Of a DNA stretch of 64,000 nt, positions 11,301-22,499 are shown in pieces; the first letter of the stretch is position 1, and each line of letters begins with the position of its first letter. A model generated the notes under the pieces. That model was not told the DNA's origin and did not search any database. It saw only the letters and a list, made by a program, of their open reading frames with translations. Origin of the DNA: Paragordius varius. Taxonomy: Eukaryota > Animalia > Nematomorpha. Location: contig OZ176052.1 in the NCBI GenBank assembly GCA_964247055.1, positions 6,448,001-6,512,000 of the forward strand, written 5' to 3'. The translations under genes and the position numbers were made by a program.

Positions 11301-14300
11301 TCATATTTAATCCTCTTTCATAAGATGTAATTCACTACTCCGGCCAACTCTTTGCAAAATTATTTTGATAACATGTCAGTCATTATAACCCAAACCGCGG
11401 CTTTTCTTTTTTATGGCCCTTAACTATTTATTATATTTTTTTTACATTTATTTTAAGTATAAATATCTATATAGCTAATAAATTTTTATCGGTATTCTAT
11501 ATAATATTTTTTGCGGCCTTTTAAATTTTTTTCGGGATTACCAATGATCTAAACTGTATAAAAATATGTTTACATCAGAATTAAATATATTTTATAAAAT
11601 TTATTATATTTGCCGTCAAACAAAAAATTTTTTGTCGGGTTTATATCTACAGCTAAATATTCTTTACTTGCAATGTAATCATTTATTTAAAAATGACAAT
11701 ATAGTTTCAATATTCTAAGTGCATTGAGTCATGCTAAAATTTAGCCTTTGTGTATTACATATAATATACCATTTTTCATGCAAAAACATCATTTTTTCAA
11801 GCAAACGCATCATTTTTTCAACCAAACGCACCATTTTTTCAAGCAAAGACAACATTTTTTCAACCAAAGACAACATTTTTTCATCCAAACGCAACATTTT
11901 TTCAAACAAAGACAACATTTTTTCAAGCAAAAACACTTTTTTTAATATTACAAAGAATTACTATTTATTGTATGGCAATTTAATTATAAATTATTTATTA
12001 AATTTTAAGTTAATATAATTTATTTTTAGCGTTAAATTATGATTTTTATCGTTTTATTATTAATATTTAATGGTAAATTAATTGATTTTCAAACATTTTG
12101 ATTTTGCCCATAAATTGCCTTATTTATTTATATTAATTATATTTTTTCTACAACTTTAGTTTCACCTAATCAATCTATACGATTTGCGCTTCAAGAGTGT
12201 CTTTAAAGTTTAGAGTTGTCTATATTTATCCTATCATTTTTAACCTATTCTCTTTATTAACCTAAACTTTTAAATGAATAGAACTTTTTTTTAATAAGAA
12301 CTGTATATCCTTATTATTTCTATAAATTTTTTTAACTATATTAAAAATATCTAAGTTTTGTGGATTATTGTTTGTAATATTTATAAAACATTAAGAAAAT
12401 TATCTCGAAACAAATAAAGTTTTTTTTATTGAAATATTATTTTGATTGAAACACTAAATAAAAAAATTAGGTTAAATTTAAAAAAGATAATTACATACAA
12501 AAATAACGGTTGTATGCAAACTGCAAAAAATGGAAGGACCAACTTTAAGTGAAGGACAACTTTAAACTTTTAAAAACACTCTTGAAGCGCAAATCGTATA
12601 GATTGATTAGGTGAAAAAGTTGTAAAAGAAATTATAATTAATATAAATAAATAAGGCAATTTATGGGCAAAATCAAAATGTTTGAAAATCAATTAATTTA
12701 CCATTAAATATTGATAATAAAACGATAAAAATCATAATTTAACGCTAAAAATAAATTATATTAACTTAAAATTTAATAAATAATTTATAATTAAATTGCC
12801 ATACAATAAATAGTAATTCTTTGTAATATTAAAAAAAGTGTTTTTGCTTGAAAAAATGTTGTCTTTGTTTGAAAAAATGTTGCGTTTGGATGAAAAAATG
12901 TTGTCTTTGGTTGAAAAAATGTTGCGTTTGCTTGAAAAAATGTTGTCTTTTATGAAAAAATGTTGCATTTGCTTGAAAAGTTATTGCCTTTGCTTAAAAA
13001 AATGTTGCGTTTGCTTGAAAAAATCATGCGTTTGGTTGAAAAAATGATGTTTTTGCATGAAAAGTGGTATATAAATGTTTATAACAACCCTTTTTAAATT
13101 ATTATCGATATTGTCAAAGTGTATAATTTTTTTTAAATAAGTCTGGGGGTAACTACCCTAATTTGTATCAATATATGGTTGTATTAATATTTTATAATCA
13201 ATTATGCTAAACAGCTGATTATCATATATGGTTTTAACACTTCGATTCAAACTGGGGGATCTAAATACCCCAGGCTATATTTAAGTTGAAGTTTTTAAAA
13301 AACTACTGTAAGAAACGGTCCCAATTTAAATTTATGCTTCTATCATAATATAAATTTTATAAATAAGCCGAAATATCTAAATAAATTTTGGTTTAAAATA
13401 AGTCTTTATTTGATTTTAAAGCTAAAATGAAAGCTGATTTTTCATTCACATCTTACATTGATAGAAACAGAAAAAGTGGTTTATTTTGTATAATTTTTAA
13501 ATTTAGCTAATGCACACATGTCATGTTGACTAAATTTTTACCCTAAGGTTTTACTTAAAAATAAGTAACATCTAGTATTTTTGAATGAAATTTTTTATAT
13601 ATTTCGGTTCATTAATGTTATAAATGTGCAAATTTTTGCAATGGTTTCAATTCATTCCATAATTTTTTAATTATGTAATTTTAAACAGGCCTGGGGTATC
13701 TAACTACCTCAATTTGAATCGAAGGACTAAAATGGATGTGTTGTTTCCAAGTGTTAACTATTAAACGGTAACAGTTAAAATACGATGAAATTTGATTTAT
13801 CATTGTCTAATTTAATTTCAACTTCATATTTAAGTAATAAGATAGGTTTTAGATATGGACCAAAAAAGAAGTACGGTTACATAATAAATAAACTACATTT
13901 TTCTTTTAGATTATATTTTTCTATAAATCTTTATCCTTAACTTTTTAAGTATACTCCGTATATTTTCAATTTTAACTATATTACTATATATTTATTTATT
14001 TTTTTGGACTAATTAGATATAAATATTGCATTAATTTATTTAAATAATATTTTTTGTTTTTGGTATCTCTTCTTGTATTAGGACAAATGTCATCAATACT
14101 TTCCGTCGCTTTGCAAAATAAAAAATTTAGTTTCTACGCAATCCACAAACGCCCAAAACGCATTTGCCTGTGGTACAGGAACCGTAGATAAACAGACTTT
14201 AGAATTTCCTGAACACCATATCACTGTCATAATAAAAGAAAATTTTGAGCATACACCATTTGAACAGTTTAAATGGAATGTTGAAGACACGGTTTCAGTT

Positions 14301-17300
14301 GAGGGGCAAAAAGAAATCAATTCTCAGAATACCGTATTTTTAAATATTGTGTTTAATCAGATATAAGATACTTTTCCTGATAAAAGGGTAATAGAAATGT
14401 GTAAATATTTTGTTTTACTTATGTCAGAACAACTCTAAAGAATTTCTCATCCGAAAGTTGGAGGTGCAACGCTTACATAAGGAACAAAAAATTGATATTA
14501 CCCAAACCGTTTATCATTGCCATTTTTTGGCATGGCCTGATTTCGGGGTCCCTGACATTACGACATTCCTATCCTATTGGAAATGTATCAAATCTATTGA
14601 ACGGTCTTTAACGCAAACCTATAAGAACGAGCAGATCTGGGTAGTACACTGTAGTGCGGGTGTTGGTAGAACTGGAAGTTTGATAGCAATTGATGCATGC
14701 CTGCACAATGTATACCCATTTTTCTGAATTGTTTTTAAATATAATTATGACCAATCATAGATCATTTTAAACTAATAGCCAACACATATAATAAATTCTC
14801 CATTCGATTATAAACTCTTGAAAAATTTATGATGGTAGATATAACGTACATAAACAGAATCGTTTCACATATCATTGATATTTTCAATTTAATAATCTAT
14901 TTTTCTGTTTATTTTCAAATTTTTAGTTTAATTTTCATAAATGTCCATTATTTTTAATTTAAATTCGTATAACCAACTGCATTTATACCAAAATTGCAAA
15001 GTTGGATATATATACGAAATCGATATGTGAAAACCCCAAGTCAAATAGTTGTGTCGTACTGATGAGTGCTAACAAGCACGAAACTAATCTACGATTACTA
15101 TTGACGAAAGGGTTTCACATATCGTTTATAATTTCTGTTAATAATCATCTTTCAATTAATTTTCTATTTTTCGATTATCATTATAATACGGATTTTACAA
15201 GTGTTATTACAAAACACAATCAATCCGTCATTTAACATTACAATAATCTATTTTCTGTTTGTTTTCCTTAAATTTACTATATCACGGAATGTTCAAGAGT
15301 TTGTGCAAAACATCATATTATAATTTTAAACTATAATTGTTATATATGGGACAGTTGCAGATTAACAAAAGTTTAGAATGTGTGGATGTTGCTAAAACGG
15401 TAATCGAAACGCGAAGATATCGTAAGGGCATGGTGCAAACAGCTGATCAACTCCGATTTATTTTTCAGCTTATATGGCATGCCTATAAAGATTATACCAA
15501 TTCCTTGGTAAAATATATTCTTTAAATTCATTTAAATAATGATTATAAAATTAAAAAATGCAGCAACGTTTTCATATTTTTTAATGCAACTTACAAAATG
15601 GTTATAATTTAATTGCACAAATAGCTCAAGGCTTTGATGCAAATTTGGCCCCTTAAAATTAGTATTTAATCTATTTAACAAAATAAATCTGTTCTACCTA
15701 AAATAACCATTTTTCAACAAAAAAATTATTATAATTGGCCCAATAAAATTATATGCCTCATGCATAAATGGCCATTTAAAATCCCAAATTTTACGTCTTC
15801 CATACTATAGGATACTGTGTAAATGAAGTATCCAACACGCGACCCTCCAAAATATTTGTGCAGCTTGCGACAAATTTAATCTAAAATTTTTCTGAATCTA
15901 AGTATTTTCTTAAAAAAATTCTGAAAAAATCGAATTATGGCAATAAAATAGCAGTTTTACAGTCTTATGTTTAAAATCTTATAAAATATTTGTTAATGGC
16001 CATGTATTTTGGGAATGCAGCTCGCGAAGCCATCTGTGTTGGATACCCCTGGTTCAAAACCTTATAGAATCAAGTGAGATATTTATAATAATATTTTTAG
16101 GGATTCTCAGAAACCACAATTTTTTTAGAGCCGTTTTAAAAGCGAAAAGAATTTCTTAAAAACAGGTTCGAGCAATTTTCGGAGGTAGAACCGCGGCTAT
16201 TTCCTCTTTTAAATCTTGATACAAACCTTGTTTACAAAAATTGTTTTAGTTTGATTTTAATCGCCACAAAGTAGCACATAAATAGACCTTTGTATTTATG
16301 TTTTTGCGGCTAATTATTCATATTCTATTGGAAAAAATTTAGACAAAAAAGAACCAAAATTATTTCTAAAAAACTGGAGCCTTAACCAAAGTGTTTTTAA
16401 AAAATAAATTTCTTCAATTTTTTTAAAAAAATGCGGAACCAGGACACCAGAAACAAAAAATTGATTTGGAATGGGATCCTGAGAATAACAGTTCGGTTGC
16501 GCTGCTTTTTACCATAATTTTTGTGAGGTCTGTCAGCAGAATTTATAGTTCTACTCGCTATGGCCCATCATAATAATTCTAATGATTAAAAATTATACGT
16601 TTATTATATCAATAATGATATTTTTCAATAATGAGTTAAATGTGAAAAATGGTCAAGCCTTTCCAAATTTTACTTCATGAAAATATGATCAATCATTTAA
16701 TATATTAATAAGGTTGACACGCAATTATAAATTACACTGGAAACATAGTGTTCTGGTTGATTTTCTTACCTCACTATTTTACTTAAACTAAAAATATAAT
16801 TCCAATCTATCCTTTCCGTATAATACAAACATAATAATTTGTTTTATATCCTTTAGATGCCCAAACTTGAGACAACTGAAAAAGTTAAGGACGTTATAAT
16901 CGTACCAATAGAAACTAAAATTGTTCCCTCAACACCACAAAAACCAGAACTGCCAATAGACGTGAAAGACACCAAGGGGATTGAAGTAAAGACTAGTAGT
17001 GTAGCTAAACCTGGCGGTGATGATACTAAAAATACATTCTTGAAGAGATTACAAGAATATAAGGATCTCATTGATCGCTATGATAAAGAAACTCAATGGC
17101 CGCAAATGTTTCAAGTTTTCGATTTTAGCATTGCATACTAACTTTTATTTTTCTGCTTTTGTTTAATAAAATATTATCTATCCTTAGAATATATCACCTG
17201 TTTATGACAAAAGCATAGTTGTTTCTGCAGGACCGCTTGTTGCTCAAAATAAGTCAAAGATTCGCCCTAATGAAACTATTCCGGGTATTTTATTTTTAAA

Positions 17301-18124
17301 TAATTAAATAAGGTGATAGGGCTGTGTTGACCACAATTTATCTAACCCGTTAATAATCCAAGTCATGATTATAAAAATATTTAACCTGTTAAAATTTCAG
17401 ATAACTCCTGTTATTGAATAATATTTTGGTAATAATATAGGCTAATTAATATTATAAAACAATGCCAACGCTATATATTTGACTTATTCTATTTTTAAAA
17501 GGCTGTTCTGTACTCGTTTAAAATTTTGTGCTCAACCACAACAGTAATAGATGTCTTTTAAATTAAATATTTTACATGGTAACAACCTTTTGGAATTAAC
17601 ATTAAAGTTCTCTTACAATCGTTTGGATGATCAAAATGCCACAAAAAATGCATATTAACATACATTATAAAATAATGTTGTACAGGGGTAACATAAGTTC
17701 TCGCAAACACTCTTTTTTGGTTTCTAATTAAGTTTTTATTATAATGGGAAATTAGAGTATGAGAAATTAGTAGAAATCTTTAACAAATATTTTTAAAGTT
17801 TCTATCCTTTTAAAAGACGATGGAATGCTGTAAAACCCTATGCAGAAGAATTGTTATAAAAATTAAAAGTTGATATTTTTCAATATCTATAGAGAGAATA
17901 CGGGTTATAAGTGACAGTTTGTACATAATTATTATAATTTAAACAAAATAGGATTAAATCACAATAATTCTTATTTTGCAGTGGCGACGCAGGCATTTGC
18001 GTGCGCCTGGCGAAGAATTTTTGATGCAAGGCTAAAAAAGCCAAGCAAAAATTTGGAAAATTTTTATAAAAATTTCACCCCCCTTAAATTTTTAGGCCCA
18101 TACAATCACCTATTCGACTCCCTT

Positions 18125-18165
<41 letters not shown>

Positions 18166-21100
18166 ACATTATTAGTATTAACTAATTTCAATAACTTTAC
18201 CTTATTAATTGATTGTACTATTGCATATCTTTTTAATTAAATTTACAAAATTAAATGAATAACCGAAGTATCTAACAATTCTTAACTATGTATACGATGC
18301 AAATTCGGATGAGTATTTTGGAAGTTTTATATATAAATTTTTTGGCGTTATTTCATTATTAGACATTTGTTAACATGTAGAGATGCCTTTTATTTTAATA
18401 GAAGCAATTTATAAAGGTCTGCTGAAATAATATTAGTGAATGCAGCTATTTTTATTGTATGCATGTATATATATACCATTTACCATTCTAATTCACCCTC
18501 AAACATTTCAAATTCATCCTAAAAAAGATGTTTTCGGCTAATATAACCTATCTTTTTTTGAAAAATATAAAAAAATATAGCTAATTTTTAATCCTATATA
18601 CATAATTTATTTTTAGGGCGAATTTGATTTGTTCAAGGGTGACTTAGAATTGTTCAGAGGTGAATTTGAATTGATCAAAGGTGAATTAGAAATGTAAATG
18701 TATATATATTTTTAAATTAAGGTGACAGTGAAGTTATTCAACTCAAAAGCGGTCTGGATTCGGGTTTTATTAATGCCACTAAAATAGATTTAAAATATCC
18801 ACATCGTTCTTACATATTGGCTCAGGTATTATTATTATAAACCTTATTATGTTACGAAACGCCATTTTTGATTTATTATTTTTATGTCTGATTGCAATTT
18901 GTCCAACAATGTAACCATATCAAAAGGGAACATAAAATTTTTACTTTATTTATATTTTTGTTAATTATTTTTTGACGTTAAAATTATTTAGAGCCCATTA
19001 GAAACCACATGGGAAAATAGTTTGTTATTAGCATGGGAACAAGAATGTTCAACCATTGTAATGCTTTGTAATTGTACGGAAAATGAAAAAGTTTTTATGA
19101 TTATTATCTTTTACTTTCTATAATGTATCACGTTTTATTTTATAGCCAATCACTACCAAACCTTTAACAGTACATTTAATAGGCGATATTAGTCTATTGA
19201 TTTTATTCAAAAATGTATGTGTTTTAGGACATGTGTTATAAATATTGGTTGGAGGATGACCCATTACTTTCTTACGAAGGCTTTTTGCTAAATTCCCCAA
19301 ATAAAGGCACAACCACCGACAAAAAATATGACCCTGCCCTGTACACTAAAATGTTTTACAATCAAACTTACAAACTCGTCAACAAAGGATTAAAATTTTC
19401 ATCCTCCATATATGATATCCGTCAGTTGGAAATTATTGATATAAAGGTTACCTATTATTGTGCTTTTACGCACGATATATTTATTTGTTCATATTTTGAG
19501 GGTAAAATTCATAAAAAATTTGATATTATAATAGTATATTGTGTGTAGTTATAGAATTATTTAATTGTAATCTTAATTCTTGTAACACATAATGTTTAAC
19601 ATAACATATTCTTTTTAAAGATGAAACAATAAAACAAGAATAGTATTTAACTGTTGGCATATCTTTTCCAAGGGTTGACTTTCAATTATAAGAAAAAATA
19701 TATAATGGTCAGGACAAGATTCAAATATTTTAAAGTATTATATTGATGAAATTTTTAAAAATTATATAAATATTAGGGTAAAAATGGGCAATTAATTCAA
19801 CATTTTTGGTTTAAATCATGGCCATTATCTTACAATTGCTTATGTTCAATCAGTAATATTAATGATAATAAAAATAACCTAATTACCACAAATAATATAA
19901 ATGTAAATGGGGTGGAATGGCAAAAATTTATAACTGATTTTAGCGATTTTTATTTGGCATACTTGGAATCGGGCGTTTTTGTATCCTTAAAGAGTAAGGT
20001 TATGGTTCATGGCAATTGTGTAGGGGAAAGGCCATCAATATTTACAATATTGGACTCATATTTGGAATTGGTAATTTTTTGATTCTTTATAGACGAAATA
20101 AAACAATATTTTTCATAAGTAATGCATTAAAATTGAAATGATCGGACAAAACGTAAAAATTTAAAGACAATTGTTTTTCAAAAGATTACTTTTTTAAACT
20201 TGATTTTTTTTAAATATAAATCCTTATTTTTAATTGCAAATTAAAAAACGGATATGTATATTGGTAACACATTTAATATATAATGGGAAAAATTAAGGTT
20301 TAAAAAGTATGGTGGTTGTCTTTTGAAAAAAATATTTGTCTTTATATTTATACATTTGTCCATAAGATATAAATTTTTACTGTAAAGGTATTTTATTTCT
20401 CATTATATTTTCCAGATCCGACGATCTCTAAATCCTATCCCTTCAGCCAAAATGAGTCTCTTAAGTGAGGCAAGAGTATTTCGCAAATCAATGATTCCCG
20501 ATGCAGAAAATTTTCAATTTCTCTTAAAATTAATTTATTCCATGAGCCTAACTCTTTACCCGAATTGGATTGTGGTATCTGCATCATCTGATATTGCAAC
20601 TTCATCAAATGACGCAAACAAAATGGATGTTAAACCAATTATTGAGGACACTCTAATTAGTTCCTACAAAAAACAATCACAAGAATGTTTGATTGAAAAG
20701 GTTCAGGGTGGTAAACTAAAAAGTATCCTAACCTTCAAAATTGAAAATAAATCAAACAAAATTGACAATGTGTCGAAAAGTGCGGAAAGTTCGAACGATT
20801 ATCTCAAGCCTGACAAATTTTTAGCAAAAGATGACAAGAAAAAATTGGAAAAATCTGTATCAGATGAAAGTAGCTCTTCCACAGACTCTGACGCCTCAAC
20901 AGTATCCGGTAAGTCTGTAGCCCCATCTAAATCCAAATCGTCAACAAATAGTTCCGAATCCGAAAGTAAAACAAGCTTAGAAAGTCAATCCAAAAAAATG
21001 AAAAATAAGAGTAAAAAACAATTGTCACCAAAAAGCAATTCGAAAACGGATATTACTTCATCACATTCCGAATCTAAAATAGTCGAAAGCCAATCTAAAA

Positions 21101-21276
21101 AATATTACTATCCAATTAAAAGATTGCGATCCCTTAATGATATTTATTTTCCTAATCAATTTGCCAGAACCCCCTACAATCCCAATACTAAAGGAATACA
21201 AACTGGTCCGTCGTTAATCATAAAAGATCCGACATATTTGGCCTATTTGGATTTGGAAATAAATTCAAGCAAATAA
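8337..21276 (+). CDS. Classical protein tyrosine phosphatase with two tandem PTP domains (active D1, degenerate D2) and a Ser/Lys-rich tail; about 1050 aa, 12 predicted exons
   Basis: Exons 8337-8411, 8464-8916, 14082-14333, 14428-14709, 15355/15361-15507, 16857-17114, 17188-17284, 18722-18825, 18992-19090, 19228-19446, 19777-20070 and 20416-21276, all phase-compatible. D1 has NRY, DYINAS, YIATQGP, KCHQYFP, WPDFGVP, VHCSAGVGRTG and MVQTADQ. D2 has FINAT, YILAQSP, IVMLCN, CYKYW, HFWFKSWPL and VHGNCVGER. The D1-D2 junction (15507 to 16857) is inferred from splice phase. Confidence 0.85.
8953..9891 (+). mobile_element. Degenerate, interrupted copy of the piggyBac-like element
   Basis: ACTTTGATTCAAATTGGGGTA at 8953; shared internal blocks (CTTCGACGCCATTTT, CTAATGCATACATGTCATGTT); right end TGTGTTGTATTCAAGTG. 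Confidence 0.65.
10143..11082. mobile_element. TIR element, unclassified
   Basis: AAGGGTGGAATGATAAAA...TTTTATCATTCCACCCTT; subterminal CTTGACTT/AAGTCAAG repeats; no target-site duplication recognised. Confidence 0.65.
11765..13071. mobile_element. Foldback element family B, long near-perfect inverted arms
   Basis: TATACCATTTTTC...GAAAAGTGGTATA; arms about 11765-12220 and 12556-13071; 8 versus 11 units of the 21-mer TTTTTTCAAGCAAAGACAACA. Confidence 0.9.
13238..13753 (+). mobile_element. piggyBac-like non-autonomous element
   Basis: TTAA|CACTT...AAGTG|TTAA; asymmetric ends with internal GATTCAAA(T/C)TGGGG inverted repeat, separated from the right terminus by a spacer of about 30 bp. Confidence 0.8.
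14850..15270 (+). repeat. Dispersed hammerhead-containing repeat, copy 2, with partial tandem duplication (PTP intron 4)
   Basis: Homologous to 5130-5380. GTTTCACATATC and AATCTATTTTCTGTTT occur both upstream (about 14860-14915) and downstream (about 15110 and 15245) of the ribozyme. Confidence 0.75.
15053..15095 (+). ncRNA. Minimal type I hammerhead ribozyme motif, copy 2
   Basis: GTCGTA-CTGATGA-GTGCT-AACA-AGCAC-GAAA-CTAATC-TACGAT: stem I GTCGTA/TACGAT, core CUGAUGA...GAAA, stem II of 5 bp, AUC triplet ending at 15089. Enclosed by the helix GATATGTGAAAACCC/GGGTTTCACATATC. Confidence 0.85.
18472..18704. mobile_element. Family A foldback/MITE, degenerate
   Basis: TATACCATTTACCATTCTAATTCACCC...GGTGAATTAGAAATGTAAATGTATA. 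Confidence 0.7.
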
Positions 21277-21518
21277 ATCACTATTTTGTTATGTTTTTTC
21301 TCATAATACTTTAATTAATTAACCAAATCGTATCAGTCATTTAATGTCAACCTATAAACCTCTCACTGTTATATTTTATATAATTTATGTTATAAAATAA
21401 ATTTTATATTCATAAAAATAGTTTTTGCAGAACTTTAGCCCATAAACTACCTCGATACACAAAATCAGGGAATTTTAAGAGCCTATATATATTTAAGTTT
21501 TATGATGTTGGTGTAAAG

Positions 21519-21548
21519 CAGAATTGCCCAACATTCGCGGACCGCATT

Positions 21549-21584
<36 letters not shown>

Positions 21585-21807
21585 GCATGCATTATTAATA
21601 TTATATTAAATTTTAAACCTAAATCCTTAAAATGGAAACACAATATAACATTTTTTTCCAGTTCGCCAATTTAGACTTATTCAAAAAATTTGTTAAAGAA
21701 ATATCAATTTTATTAAGATTTGTGAGCGTATTTTGGCAAATTATGAATCCCATGTTTTTCGCGGACCGCACGAAATAATTCCGAGGGCCGCGTGATGGAC
21801 ACCCCTG
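21519..21807. mobile_element. hAT-like MITE with perfect 8-bp target-site duplication
   Basis: GTGTAAAG|CAGAATTGCCCAAC...GGACACCCCTG|GTGTAAAG; internal (TA)n. Confidence 0.8.
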
Positions 21808-22499
21808 GTGTAAAGGCTTAACAAATCCAAATAATCAAAACAACATCTTATTATTATATATCGATGTTGCCAACGCCTACTACATCGGAATGGCATTTAT
21901 TTCCATTTTTTAAGTCAAAGCAATATAAATAATATACTTTTAAAAATTTCATTCTGAAGTCAAAATACCTTCAATCCGTTCATGTAGATAAAACACATTT
22001 TTAAGATGCAGGCTTGCTACACAATTTTCGATAGGATGCACAAATTAAATATGACTTAAGGAAATGAGGCTACACTTTTTGACTTACCGCATTTATCCGT
22101 TTTTTATAAATTTGATTTTTTATCTAGTATTTATATATCTAGAGTATATAGAGCAAAACTATTTAGATAAAAAGTTATAAAAGCCATTTTTTCAATAACA
22201 AAATAGTGGAATCAAAGAGAAGATAAATTATGCCTTTAACAACCAATATTCAATCTCAATCTTGAGTTAATTCAGTTAAAGACAGAAAAAAATATTTTTA
22301 GGATAAATTCCAAATGTTTCCATGTGAAATTGAAATGTTTAATGCTGATTTTGAAATATTCAAGGGTGAAATGTTTAAAGAACAATGGTTTATTTGTAAA
22401 TGGTATATTATAATATTTGAAATATTTGACCATATCCAATTTTTTTAAATCACAAAAATAGTAGCGATACTCAATCACTAAACAATAAAAAAAACTCCC

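Noticed and set aside
11765-11940. Possible CRISPR-like array
   Set aside because: Units are contiguous with no unique spacers, the context is eukaryotic and there are no cas genes.
11715-13047. LEKML/HFFKQ repeat ORFs, and the LTGKMF ORFs at 55243-55483
   Set aside because: Translations of the 21-bp arrays of families B and C, mirrored in inverted arms.
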